A stretch of DNA of 64,000 nucleotides from Fistulifera solaris (lineage: Eukaryota), in assembly GCA_030295235.1 (NCBI GenBank), contig AP026172.1:620001-684000 (forward strand), given 5' to 3'. Numbering within the stretch: the stretch's first letter is position 1; each line of letters begins with the position of its first letter. Shown piece after piece: positions 11,079 to 23,028 of this stretch. The notes under the pieces are model-generated. The model saw only the letters and a list, made by a program, of their open reading frames with translations. It was not told the origin of the DNA and ran no database searches. A program made the translations under genes and the position numbers.

Positions 11079-12476
11079 ATGGAGATATCACAAAGCGTCG
11101 AATGTTGGTGGCGGGGCTTGCAGTTGTGGTACAATGATCAAGATTATATGCACGCAATCGTTACTTGGGAGGAAGCGATGGGCTTCATTTCTTGGGCAAA
11201 CGAGGAATTGTTTGTAGACACGTCGCTGAAGAATTCTGCTATTCAGGAACGTACATACTTGACCTTGCATGGCGACACAGCATCTTTATCAGAATTGAGT
11301 CCGCTTCTGCTCTTTCTCGCTGGATGCTATTTGGATGCTCAAGAATATCGAAAAGCTCGCGTAACATTGCGGCGATGTTTGGCGCTAGCATCCATCGATG
11401 CCGAGCGTGACAGCACTTCAAACAAAAACGATTTATTTCATCGAACTATTCGCGAATGCATCTTTTACGTGGAAGAAGATCCAGAGTGCCTAAAATCTTG
11501 GCGCGAAGCCCGGGAACTGATCCAGTACGCAATAAAAGTTGATCAGCAATCTGAGAAAGAGCGACTAAGTGAAATAGGCGAGGCGAACTCGGTACCTTGG
11601 AGTGATCCATGGCAGCGTCCAGGCTTCCTATACCCAATCATAAACCAAGAAAGCGTCTACGATAGATTAAGTCATCCTTCTTGGTGTCGTCTATTAGAAG
11701 AAAGATGGGGCGACATTCGAAATGAGTTTCATCGACTGATTCATCGACCAGGTGGGGCGAGGACTTTGTCGGCCTCCCCACGACACTGGCCCGCAGTTGG
11801 CAGTGGAGTACATCGAGGTGGTGCCGGAGCTCACGATGGATCAGTTGTAGCCCCTGGAGGTGACTGGCGCGAAGTCGTCATATTTGGTTCCGGAGAGAAT
11901 CCTCAACTTGCTCCGTTCACATCTGAGCTCTTAGAGCAAGCGTGTCCCGATGCTGTATCTTTGGCCCGTCAAGGTGGTGGAGAAATTGTTTTTAGTGTTT
12001 TGGCTCCAGGAACACACATTCGGCCGCATTGTGGGAGTACCAATTTGAGACTGACTGCCCATTTAGGATTAGTAATCCCCGAAGACAATTTGGGCCACAA
12101 GCGATGCAGTATACGCGTTGCGGATCAGTGGCTCGACTGGGAAGAGGGGAAGATAATAGTGTTTGACGACTCTTTTGAACACGAAGTTATAAATGAAAGG
12201 TCAACCCTACGCGGCGTCCTACTCTTAAGGTTCTGGCACCCGAACTTACCGAAAGAAGAGAGAGGCATTGCTTTGCAAAAGGCCTTGGATGCGAAGTCAG
12301 ATGATGAACTTCAACGATACTCTCCTCCATCACCTTCCAATGATCGGCCAATGATGTTGCGGGCTATGGAGAAAAGCCGATGCACTTTATGTTCGAGACA
12401 CGGATATAGCTCAATTAGGCTAGATACACGATCTCTCACATTTCAATGTCAATGTGGACAATCAATTACCTCGTGA
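11079..12476 (+). CDS. Aspartyl/asparaginyl beta-hydroxylase-domain 2OG-Fe(II) dioxygenase
   Basis: FSVLAPGTHIRPHCGSTNLRLTAHLGL, WEEGKIIVFDDSFEHEV, RGVLLLRFWHP. Confidence 0.9.
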   Translation: MEISQSVECWWRGLQLWYNDQDYMHAIVTWEEAMGFISWANEELFVDTSLKNSAIQERTYLTLHGDTASLSELSPLLLFLAGCYLDAQEYRKARVTLRRCLALASIDAERDSTSNKNDLFHRTIRECIFYVEEDPECLKSWREARELIQYAIKVDQQSEKERLSEIGEANSVPWSDPWQRPGFLYPIINQESVYDRLSHPSWCRLLEERWGDIRNEFHRLIHRPGGARTLSASPRHWPAVGSGVHRGGAGAHDGSVVAPGGDWREVVIFGSGENPQLAPFTSELLEQACPDAVSLARQGGGEIVFSVLAPGTHIRPHCGSTNLRLTAHLGLVIPEDNLGHKRCSIRVADQWLDWEEGKIIVFDDSFEHEVINERSTLRGVLLLRFWHPNLPKEERGIALQKALDAKSDDELQRYSPPSPSNDRPMMLRAMEKSRCTLCSRHGYSSIRLDTRSLTFQCQCGQSITS

Positions 12477-12534
12477 AAACCATATCGATAAACAAAGGGT
12501 GTACTTTAAAAGTTATTTGTAGTTCGTAATGAAC

Positions 12535-13878
12535 TTACGAATCGCGCAACAGAGCTGAGTCTTTTGCTTCGTCAATCTTTTCTAGCAGTATGAGCATATG
12601 GTGCAAGTTATGGTTGAAAAGTAAGATCTCAGCAAGTAGTTCCTTCGCACAAACCATATGGTACACATATGAGCGGGTATGCAGTTGGCAAGTGAGGCAT
12701 TTGCATCCACGAACAAGAGGACGTTTATCGCGGAACCAGGGATGTTTGGAGGCTTCTTTGTTGTCTGCCGCCCCATCCAGATCGAAACATCCGTTCGCGT
12801 CCAAGGTCATTGGTTCTTTATCTATTCGTGGCTTCTTTACAGGGGACACATTTCCTGTTGAATCGTCGGGTGTACTATCTCCTGACAAATTCAAAACAAA
12901 AGCTCTATTCAACCAAGCCCAATGTCCCGGTAGGTTAGTACCAACAACAACTTTTACCCCCGCAGCACCCACAACAACTTCAAAAAGCTGCTCAAGCGAG
13001 AGTACGTTCAGCACAACTAGCGATATAGTGGCTAATTGGCTTTCCGAAATTAAATGCCTTGTAACCTCCCTCATTACACATTCACGGTCGTGGGCCTGAG
13101 GAATCCTGTGCCAACCCAACAAAACAACTCCAGCAATTCCTTTGTCGCGGTCCAAGCCAGTCATCCACTCTAATTGCTCTTTAAGCGCACCATAGTCGTC
13201 AATTGAAATACCCTCTGCTAAAACAGGGACCCATACCCCTTTCCGGGGTGTCAACAAAAAGTCCTCAGTAAATCGCTGTGTTTGCTTAATTGCCGTCCAA
13301 AGCTTTCTTTGCTGCCGCTTCCTGTCAGCCACTGTACTTTCGCCCGAGTCCTGTGCCTCTGGTACAAAACAATCAAAGAGAGGGACTTGTATTTGAGAAT
13401 TCAAGCTTTCGCACGCTTGACGATATTGCTCCAATGTCAATGATGTTCGTCCATTCGCCGTCCAAAGTTGTACCTTTGTATCCGTTACATGAACCCGTTT
13501 CGCTACTGATTCCATTCCGGAATACTCCATCGCTCGTTCTGCGTCTAGTAGCATATCAAATGTGCAGACCGTCACTCGATGATAGGGGAGGAGCCAAGGA
13601 TCTGGTTTTGTGGTCGTCGAGAAGGTATAGCCACGGACTCGTTTCTCGTTGCCCTTTGCTTCGGTATAAATCGGTGCAATGCACGTATCACGCACAGCGA
13701 GTCCTAGTGATAAGACATTACCAAACCGATGCGGGGGAAAATACTTTTCTAAGAGATGGGGCGTCATATAGGGAACGGCGCCGTCCATACAATGGAGTAG
13801 GAGGCGGAGCGACGATGGTTCACTCGCTTGATTCGAGGATTGAGATGACAATGAATCAACAGGTGCTTCTTCTTCCAT
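12535..13878 (-). CDS. QTRT2: Queuine tRNA-ribosyltransferase accessory subunit-like (QTRT2/QTRTD1)
   Basis: GAVPYMTP near the N-terminus. C-terminal Zn site D.RPLVRGCKCLTCQLHTRSYVYHM...ELLAEILLFNHNLHH. The divergent core fits the non-catalytic subunit. Confidence 0.75.
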   Translation of the reverse strand: MEEEAPVDSLSSQSSNQASEPSSLRLLLHCMDGAVPYMTPHLLEKYFPPHRFGNVLSLGLAVRDTCIAPIYTEAKGNEKRVRGYTFSTTTKPDPWLLPYHRVTVCTFDMLLDAERAMEYSGMESVAKRVHVTDTKVQLWTANGRTSLTLEQYRQACESLNSQIQVPLFDCFVPEAQDSGESTVADRKRQQRKLWTAIKQTQRFTEDFLLTPRKGVWVPVLAEGISIDDYGALKEQLEWMTGLDRDKGIAGVVLLGWHRIPQAHDRECVMREVTRHLISESQLATISLVVLNVLSLEQLFEVVVGAAGVKVVVGTNLPGHWAWLNRAFVLNLSGDSTPDDSTGNVSPVKKPRIDKEPMTLDANGCFDLDGAADNKEASKHPWFRDKRPLVRGCKCLTCQLHTRSYVYHMVCAKELLAEILLFNHNLHHMLILLEKIDEAKDSALLRDS

Positions 13879-14234
13879 ATTTTTCACTTGACGTCTTTCT
13901 GTTGAGGGTTGTATTTGCTACGAATTATTAAAATTACGTTGTAGCAAAGGTATTGCGCAGATTATTGTCTTCAGCTTTGCGGACGAGTTTTCTTCTAGCA
14001 ACAATGGGACATTGACAGACGATAGGGTCACGGAGTACCGCTCTCTCCCCGACGCGCGCGGCGTACTGTAAATCCGGAGTAAGGTTAACGGTACCGACAC
14101 GATGTTCGCTATCTTGAAAACAAGCTCTTCACTTGGAAATTTGACGGTCCCAACTCCCAACGCATCGCTTCGCGCAGTGCTGCGGTCTTTGTTCTTTGAG
14201 GCACATCAAAATCCCATTGTGTTGTCAAGGAACG

Positions 14235-15703
14235 ATGATACGCCTTACTACAAGCATGAACAACGCCAGCATATCGGGGAATCCGGAAGAAACCACAATC
14301 AGTCCCAAAGTTCGGAAAGTCGTAAGCTCGCTGAAATCAGGTTTTCTGTTGACGGTCAACAATGCACCAAAACTCCTGGAGGAAACCGGGGATGTCATTC
14401 GGACAAGTGAAAAGCATAAGACTGAATTTGGCGTCAGTCAGGGGATTCCTAAACTTATTTCCATAATGAACAAGTTCGAAGATGATCCTGGGATCCAACT
14501 TCAGTGTAGTAAGCTGGTTCATGAGCTATCAATGATTGATGACAATTTGGTTATGATTGCAGAGAGCAACGGAATCACTGCTATTCTGATTGCCATGCTG
14601 AAACACGTGAATACAGATATGCAGGAAATCGGCTGTTTATGCTTAGCGAGTCTTTGCCGGCGAAATGAAAACAAGCAGATCATCGTGGACACAAGTGGCA
14701 TAGAGGTTGTGCTGACTGCCATGGTGGCTTACCCAGAAAACACTGTCATACAAGCACAGGGCTGTCGATTCTTAGCTCTTCTTGCGGAAGAGAACCCAAC
14801 CAACAGCTCCACAATAGCTGCTGTTGGTGGTGTAAAACCATTATGACCGGTATCAAGCTTCACTCCAAGAATCTGGATGTCCAGCTTTTCGGATGCAGTG
14901 CTATCGCTCAACTTACTGCTACGAACGATCCAAATCGTGGCTCAATAGCGTCCGCCGGTGGAATTGAAACGACTCTAGCCGCTATGAAACAATTTCAGTC
15001 AAGCGCGGAGTTACTGCAACAAGCATGTGCTGCGCTGTGGAATTTAACAATCGATCACAAATTCAATGCCACCACAATTATCAAGTGCAAGGGCTTACAA
15101 ACCGTACTTCAAGTTATGAATCATCATGAATTCGAGGTAAAAATTCAAGAATCCGGTTGTGGTATTCTTCGCTATTTAACGGACGACGATAGAAATGGTG
15201 TGATTGTTGGAGCTGAAGGAGGAATAACCGCATTATTGTCGGCTATGCGGTCGTTTGAGGGCAACAGCATTATACAAAGCCAAGGATGCGCTGCAGTTTC
15301 GAATTTGGCCGCCATTTCTGAAAATTTTGGCCCACTCACCAAGGCTGGTGCGATAGGGGCGATCGTGTGTGCCATGAGGCAAGTTTCCGATGGTGCAGAA
15401 GTTCAAAAGAATGGTTGCCGGGCCCTAAAAAGTTTGGGAACGACGGATCAGAATAAAACATCAATAGTAGCGAGCGGCGGCATGAAGCAAATGCTTGTAG
15501 CAATGCGTCGCTTTGAAGATAATCCTGGTTTACAAGGACTCGCTATACGAACTCTGGAAGACTTAGCCTTCAACAATCAAATCAAGAAGCAAATGAAGTC
15601 AAGCCAAGTAGTCGAAGCCATTGAGCTCGCGAGAAAGTCAAACCCCTCCAACGTATTGATACAAAAAGTTGGGAAAAAAGCTCTTGGTGGCAATCGATCC
15701 TGA
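14235..15703 (+). CDS. Armadillo-repeat protein
   Basis: About eight ~42-aa repeats of type GGI..++.AM..(H/F)....Q..GC.AL..L. Frameshift near 14837. Start may instead be 14256. Confidence 0.85.
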
Positions 15704-15848
15704 GAATTTCAGTGACTTCGAGAACTGAACGAAAAAGATTGTCGCGTTTTGGGTGTGCATAGCGAAAGAGCCACTTTCATAATTATTGCGTTGCCTCCGT
15801 CATAAAAATATTTAAATTTACATATCCATTTGAGAGTTTTTCGTCCCG

Positions 15849-16580
15849 TCATTCGTAGTTGACTTCTGTCTCGTTGATGTCGGCCAACCAGAAATTGGGT
15901 AGCGATTTCGCTGCAGCGACAGGCCCGATTTCAACAGGTGACCATTCCATTGCATCTTCTCCAAGCCTTTGTTTCATATCACGAAGGAACACCTCACGTT
16001 GGACTCGATCGGATTGAGCAAAAACCCACACGGCCTTTTCCTTCCGCAAAAGTTCCTCGCATATTCGTGCTGCTCCCCGAGCCACGGCAGCCGACTCGAA
16101 TACGTCGGAAAGAACATACAAGTCGCAGTCGGGTAAATTGGTTGCCGATAGGAGATCCACTGTTCGAGTTTTCACCACTAAGCCTTGTTCTTCAGCAGCA
16201 GCCCGTGCAAGCGACAAAGCAAATTCATCAATATCGGTCGCCCATACGTAGTTTATGCCTATCTTGGCTGCCGTGATGGATGGTAGACCGGGTCCACAGC
16301 CCAATTCACAAAATGATTGTGCATTTATCATAGGAGCATGCTTTTCGATTTGAGAAGCGGCTACTCTTGCCGAGGGCCACACTTGCGTCGCCAAAAAGTT
16401 GACACGAGAATAATAATTATCATTACCCATCAGATCCATGGCCGAAGAAAGCACGAAAGAGTAGGCACTAGCAGGGTCTTTGGTACGAAGAGATGCTTTG
16501 TCGACTCGCAAGCCTCCGACTTTTAGTGAGAACGCGGAAATAATTCGATTATCACCAAGCTGGCGGATCGCAGCCGCCAA
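15849..16580 (-). CDS. METTL21-like (Methyltransf_16) SAM-dependent protein methyltransferase
   Basis: VWPSAR, ELGCGPGLPS, ATDID, LSDVF. True start uncertain and probably upstream. Confidence 0.8.
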   Translation of the reverse strand: MAAAIRQLGDNRIISAFSLKVGGLRVDKASLRTKDPASAYSFVLSSAMDLMGNDNYYSRVNFLATQVWPSARVAASQIEKHAPMINAQSFCELGCGPGLPSITAAKIGINYVWATDIDEFALSLARAAAEEQGLVVKTRTVDLLSATNLPDCDLYVLSDVFESAAVARGAARICEELLRKEKAVWVFAQSDRVQREVFLRDMKQRLGEDAMEWSPVEIGPVAAAKSLPNFWLADINETEVNYE

Positions 16581-17089
16581 GAAAAAAGAGCCAGTGGGTC
16601 CGACATGACTTCACCATCGGTGCAAAAGATGACTTGTTGTTGAAACAAGTTTGACGCAAGCGAGTTTATTAGAGTCTGGAATTAAAGAGCTGAAATAACA
16701 TGCAATTAGAATGAACTCCTTGTTCTTATACTGCTGATCCGCAAGCATTAGTGGAGTTTTAAACTTTGACGAGGTCGCAAAATCCTACGGAGACCTACGT
16801 AGGGGTCCAAAGGCTTCTCCTAATTTAACGCATTCCAATCTCTACTCGTGACGCACTGGTCAGCTCATGACTCATCTTCTCCCAGGACGGTGCGGGAAAT
16901 TGTGTACTTTCGCGTAGGCCCCCGTAGAGAAATGTACCAAGCAGAGGTGCGTTCTCCCGTGTCTCCCAGCAGCCGCACACGGCATCATTATTTTTTTCTT
17001 CATCTATTGTTTAACAATCCTTTTACATGATCATTACCAAAAAGAATAGTATTATTTTCCTTCCAAGACTTTTTTTGCATTTATAGAGA

Positions 17090-19096
17090 ATGACAGAACA
17101 TGATCAAACGAGCCTGGGAAATCCCCAGGAAATACGCGTAACTCATCTTGAATGGAGCGTCAATGTTGATTTCGAGGCTATGATATTTCGTGCGACGGCC
17201 ACGTACGAGATTGAACGAGTGGGAGCCAAAGCCAACGTTTTGATCATGGATACGTCGCATTTAATGATTGAAAATGTCAGCAATCCGGTGGATGGGTCGG
17301 CTTTACAATACAAATTAGTCAAGAATGAGAAAGAACATTTGGGAACGCAGCTTTCGATTCAACTTCCGCCAGGAGCGAAGCGAGTCGCTATCGCGTACCG
17401 CACGACAACCGCTTCCTCGGCGATTCAGTGGCTTCCTCCGTCACAAACAGCGGGAAAGCGACATCCTTATTTATTTACTCAATGCCAAGCCATTCATGCT
17501 AGGTCCATGTTGCCGTGCCAGGATCAACCGGGTGTGAAGATGACATTTGATGCTCGCGTAACCGTACCTTCTTGGGCCGTTTGTGTCATGTCGGGCGTCT
17601 TGGTTCGTAAAGACGAACTAACCGATGTCTCTGTCTTCCATTGGATGCAGAAAGTACCCGTGTCTTCTTATCTTATTGCCATGGCGGTCGGAGAGATCAC
17701 CAAGAAAGATATATCAGAGCGTTGCGCGATTTGGGCGGAGCCCGCCTTGGTAGACGTCGCCGCCGACGAATTTGCGCAATCGGAAGAGTTCTTACAAATC
17801 GCTGAATCGATCGCTGGAATGCCGTATGTATGGGGTCGCTATGATCTGCTTTGTTTGCCTCCGTCGTTCCCATACGGTGGGATGGAAAATCCTTGTCTCA
17901 CCTTTGTGACGCCGACGCTGCTAGCGCGGGATCGAAGCCTCGCGGATGTGGTAGCCCACGAGATTGCGCATAGTTGGACCGGTAATTTGGTGACCAATGC
18001 GACTTGGGATCATTTTTGGCTAAATGAAGGGTGGACGACGTGGTTTCAGAGGAAAATTATGGCACGAATCCACAACGATGACCGATTTCTGGACTTCGAC
18101 GCCATTGGAGGCTACAAGACACTTCAAGACACCATGAAAGAGATGCCGCCACACTATCAAAGCCTGGTCCTCCCTATTGGGGACAACGATCCCGACGATG
18201 CATACTCTTCCGTAGCCTATGAAAAAGGATTCAATTTCTTGTATTATCTCGAAAAATATGTGGGCAAAGCATCGTTCGAGTCGTTCTTCCAAGCATATGT
18301 AAAAGCATTCGCGAGTAAAACTCTTACTTCGAATGACTTCAAAGACTTCTTCTTAGACCACTTCAAGGGAAACAGCGCTCTTGCTCGGATTCAATGGGAC
18401 AAATGGTTCTATGAACCTGGTATGCCTCCAGAAGTACCAACATTTGATCGAACTTTTCCGAAGCCTCCGAAAAGCTTGCCGAAGAATGGGTTGATGTGGA
18501 CCAAAAATCTGCTCCAGTCCCTAAAAGAGATATTAAAGGCTGGACGTCGCCCCAAATTACCTGCTTTTTGGATTCTTTGCAAGCGAGAACCGCGTCGAAG
18601 CCCCTCAAGTTGAGTACTTTGAAAGCCATGGATGATCAATACAATTTCTCTCAAAGCCAAAACGCTGAAATTTTGTTTCGCTTTTGCGAGGTACGTCTGT
18701 GCAAATTTTTGTGGTGCCATAGTACGATTCTCTTTGAAGTATGAACCTAATGCTTTTTTCTGTTTGCAGATTTCAATCGCATCGGAAGATCAAAGCATGC
18801 TAATGGTGATTGTTTATTTTATCACGTCACAAGGCCGAATGAAATTCGTGCGCCCGCTCTACAGAGCCCTTCACGAATCAGAAATGGGAAAAGATTTGGC
18901 AGTAGACGCATTTCTCAAAAATAAAGACTTCTACCACCCAATATGTGCCAAGATGATCGCGTCGGATCTGAAACTTACAGTCACCAAGCCAAGTAACGAA
19001 GTAGTTGACAGCAGCTCCGACAGCTACTGGAGAATGGCGGTACTAGTTGGGGCAGTTGCTATGGGCGCTACTTTCATTCTCTCCAGAAGGAAGTAA
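17090..19096 (+). CDS. LTA4H: Leukotriene A4 hydrolase-like M1 aminopeptidase
   Basis: FTQCQAIHARS, FPYGGMENP, HEIAHSWTGN...WLNEG, QGRMKFVRPLY. Intron 18691-18769. Frameshift near 18455. Confidence 0.95.
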
Positions 19097-19187
19097 TCCA
19101 TTTACTGAGGTTTTCTTGCGTAATTAATGAACTTAGCTATATATGTTGGCATGCATGCATTAAGTGTTATGCTGTAGTCGAAGGTTT

Positions 19188-20692
19188 CTATCTGTTAGGA
19201 ACACTGCAGAAGGAGGGGTCGAGTCGACTTTTGATTTCCTTGAAATCTACCTTAGATGTATCAGAAAAGACTCCGGGGAGAAGAAGAGAAACGCCATCGG
19301 TGAGATCTGGCTTGATTCCAGTGCCTTGAATGTCCGTTCCATTGGGAGTAACATAACGCGCCACTGTCAGAACTAATCCGGCGCCGTTCTTTAGACCGTA
19401 CACTGCCTGTATAAGACCCTTCCCAAAGCTTGTGCTTCCCATAAGCACTGCGCGACAGTTATCATGGAGCGATCCTGCTAGAACTTCCGACGCCGAAGCG
19501 GTCCTTCCATCAATCCAAACCACTAACGGATCGGTTTTGTCGATGGCTAGCTTGTCAGCTGCAGTACGGAAAGGTAATTTCACATCTGCATTATCCACGA
19601 CGTATGTAGCAACACGATCACTCATAAAAAGGCTCGATATTTCGACTGCAGACTGAAAAGCTCCTCCGGTGTTCTGTCTCAAATCAAGGACGTATGCATT
19701 AGCTCCAGCTAACTCTAGCTCTCGCAGTGCCTCTTCCAGTTTGGCTTTTACTAGCCCGTTAAACTCAGTTATTTTGATGTAAGCCACAACTGTTCCATCT
19801 TGACGCCGTTCTGATATCTTATAGCGGACTGGGTTTTTGACTTCGGCGAACTGGCGAGGAAGGATAAGATCTTCACTCAATTTATTCCCCTTTCTCTGCA
19901 CAGTCATGGTGATGGTTGGTGCATCTGGGTTTTCCGATATTTGATCAATAATATCAAATGCATTGCGACCCTTATTTGAGACGCCGTTTATAGCCAGAAC
20001 GGTGTCTCCCACCTGCAGACCGGCACGGGCGGCAGCCGAGCCCGGAATCGGAGGTGCTCCCACAACAATGTCCTTGTTCTCGTCCGGCATCAACGTAGCT
20101 CCAACGCCTATTAAGTCGTACTTTTGGATTGCTGAGTATGCAGCAGGGTCCAAAACACGGCTGTATTTGTCTTTGAGACTATCTACCATGGAGGATATAA
20201 GCTTAATCACTTGAGTTTCATCGTTTCCGGCTTTTGACACGGATTTCAGATACTTTTGCGAACTTGATCCCAATCCTGTCCGCCGAAGGTTCTATCAATA
20301 TAGTACTTATTGACAAGATCCCATGTTTCTTCGACAGTCGCTGCGCCGGGTACTTGAGTGGACTCCTTTCTGGAAGACTGAAGGATCGAAAATTCGTCGG
20401 CAAAAGCCGGTCTAATTATTCTTTCTGAGCAATCAACATTGGGAGGAAAAAGAACCAAGCTTCCTGACAGCAGTGCTACTGTTAGCTGCTTTCCAATGCA
20501 TTGTAATAGTTCGTTCGAGCTTTGTTTGCGGACGCGTCGTTCAGCATCAGGCAAGTAGCCGTTCCTGCCGAGTCGCCGTAAAGTGAGTGGCGCGAATATT
20601 GCTGGCCATTCTTCGGAATGCTGGGTTACCCAAGAAGATCCCGATTGCAAGGCCAAGTGAAGAATAACAATACTTAAAATGGGCGACTTCAT
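19188..20692 (-). CDS. ctpA: Plastid C-terminal processing peptidase (S41, CtpA family)
   Basis: PDZ domain, DLRQNTGG, TASASEVLAG, TSFGKGLIQ, RYVTPNG. Long tripartite presequence ending PAFA. Frameshift near 20258. Confidence 0.92.
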
Positions 20693-21055
20693 AGTCTAGT
20701 ATCCAACGAGGACGCAATCAGATCTGTTTTTGTATTGTCGGCCATGTTGTCGGCGCCCATCGGCAATCGGCATCCATAAAATCGAACGGACCCCGCACCC
20801 CGCACAACACCATTGTTGCCAGTCCGTCTTGTGTACGTTGTACGTTAAGAGAGAAGCCAGTTTCAGTATCAACAGGAACCGGTAAGACGTGAGAATGTTG
20901 TCACGGATTTCGATCGTCAACCTCTCTCTACAGAGTCACTTTTTAATCGAGGGAAAATTCTACAATTCCATAAATTCAGAGAATACGAGCAATGATCGTA
21001 ATTGAGAAGCCCTTCTAAAATTACAAACCTCATCCATTTCACGGATGTAGCAAAG

Positions 21056-21565
21056 ATGCGCCCGATGATTCGATTTGTTGTTACTTTGGCGCTGTGCAAT
21101 ATCGCCGTTAATGCCTTTCTACCACCGCGTCACATTTTGGCTGATTCCTATTCAGTATGGACAGTCACAGTGCCCTGTTTGTTGGAAAGCTATGCGTCTC
21201 TGACCTATGAAGCCGCGGGCAGCTCGACGCTATTCAGTCCAGAAGACATCTATACATCAAAATCAGTTCCCTTTGTCTTGCTCGCTGCCACAATTGCCAT
21301 TCCTATACTGGCTGTTGTAAAATTTCTGTTTTCTTCTTACATCATACCCGAAGCTGCTAAGCAACTCGAGTCGGAAACGAAGGAGTTGGCACCCAAACTG
21401 TGGAGGGAGATGAAAGACGAGCTGGAGGATGGCGAAATACTAGAGCAGCGGCCTGATCTGATGGAGAAAGTGTTTACGAAGATACAGCCGTATCTCCTGA
21501 AGGAAATCGCAGACCAAATGCAAGAGAGGTCAGAATCTGAAGAGGACGAGCAGCCCCAAAAGTGA
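21056..21565 (+). CDS. Hypothetical plastid-targeted single-pass membrane protein
   Basis: Signal peptide ending AVNAF, one hydrophobic helix, charged helical C-terminus. Confidence 0.6.
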   Translation: MRPMIRFVVTLALCNIAVNAFLPPRHILADSYSVWTVTVPCLLESYASLTYEAAGSSTLFSPEDIYTSKSVPFVLLAATIAIPILAVVKFLFSSYIIPEAAKQLESETKELAPKLWREMKDELEDGEILEQRPDLMEKVFTKIQPYLLKEIADQMQERSESEEDEQPQK

Positions 21566-21869
21566 TCATAGCGATGTTGGTACTCGACGAGGAACTGAGG
21601 TGAGTCAAGCCGGTAAAGACAGTGATGCCGATCGTTAGCCCAAAGCTAAACCAATTATGTTCTGTTCGTTTGCGACAATAACAAGGATTTAGTCGTTTTT
21701 AAGAAAGAAGCAGTGCTTTGGAGTACCGTGTCCTCGGATCTAACCTTTTCTAGCGGACAATTACCATTCGATCGCGTAGTTCGTTCTAATCGTCACAACA
21801 AAACAATGGAAAGCTCTAACATAAGTCAACTGTGGGAATTTAGCATATTATCTCCACTTATCTTGTCTC

Positions 21870-22393
21870 CTACTTGTTAAGAGTCCACCAGTTAGTCTTC
21901 TTCTCCGGCTCAGGTTCAGGCTCTGGTTTCTTTTTGTTGAACATGCTGAATAGCCCTCCACCTTTCTTCAAATCGGAATCATCCGGAGCTCCACCAGGTC
22001 GCTGCATGTAGGGTATATCCTTGGGATCTTTTACCTTAGTCGGATCGACGGGGAACAAGTTTTGCCGCCCGATTTTTGCCAATCTGCGAAGGACCTACTC
22101 TTGAAGGTTGTGATGCCAACTTTTCCGAGGTTCTTTCCTTTGTTCGCATCCCTCTCTTTTGCCTTAATCTTATTCCATTGTTCCTTCGACATTCCAGAGG
22201 CTGTAGAGAAACGCAAATTAAGAATCCGTATCGACAACTAGAACAAGGTGTCAACGAAATACCTACGGATGTACTCCATGGATAACGCGCTTCCGTTAGC
22301 AGTCGCTCCCATCGCCGAGCCCGTGAAGGACGACGTCGGGGAGAAAGCATGCGCACCGAAAACTAGGCCGGAAAGAAGGAATGCTGTCTTCAT
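21870..22393 (-). CDS. Small Lys-rich plastid-targeted protein of unknown function
   Basis: MKTAFLLSGLVFGAHAFSP presequence. Intron 22201-22266 joins MEYIP to SGMSKEQW. Frameshift near 22060. Ends KKTNWWTLNK. Confidence 0.7.
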
Positions 22394-23028
22394 GGTTTAT
22401 TGCTACAGCTTTCAGTTTACAAGGTCACAAATAATAATAATGTTCTAACTTTGTTGCTTGGTTCTGTTTTGGTTTTATCGATGACGACGCCTTGATCTTT
22501 GAAACATTTTAACTCTATTTTCTATAGTGACTTGGTACTCTGGCGTGATGAGGTTTTGCTGAGTCATTCCTTAGCTGGTAAGTGACGTACCGGTACTAAA
22601 CCTGACAGCTTGGCGCCAGCCGCCACCAAATGCGTTACTTTTGTTGCTAGTGAGCGAACACCTAAATCATCTGAAGCTAATAGCGATCACAGTGCGTCCA
22701 AAGAAAGGCATCGTTGAAAGTCCCTTATTGAATTAACTGCCATATGGCTCTATGTTGCACAAGATAGCTAGTATCTTACCAAGGGACTCAATGAGCCGCA
22801 CTCGGTGCCTTTGCATGGTTCTTGCTACGATGAGCCTAAGTCGACCATGCCAAGCATTGCCGTAAGCGACTATGACTATTGTGCTGCAATGCTGCGTCGA
22901 GCACTTCAAAGTGTCCGACCGAAATGTTCATATCTGATACCTGATTGATCACAGTTGTCGACTAGGCGCCTTAACTTGTCACGCATCTAAATACAACGCC
23001 AAAGCAGAAAATGTACCCTTTTCTGTCC

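Noticed and set aside
22545..22606. C/D box snoRNA (GTGATGA...CTGA)
   Set aside because: No recognisable rRNA-complementary guide. The same GATGAGGTTTT string occurs in another promoter (~2180), which suggests a promoter motif.
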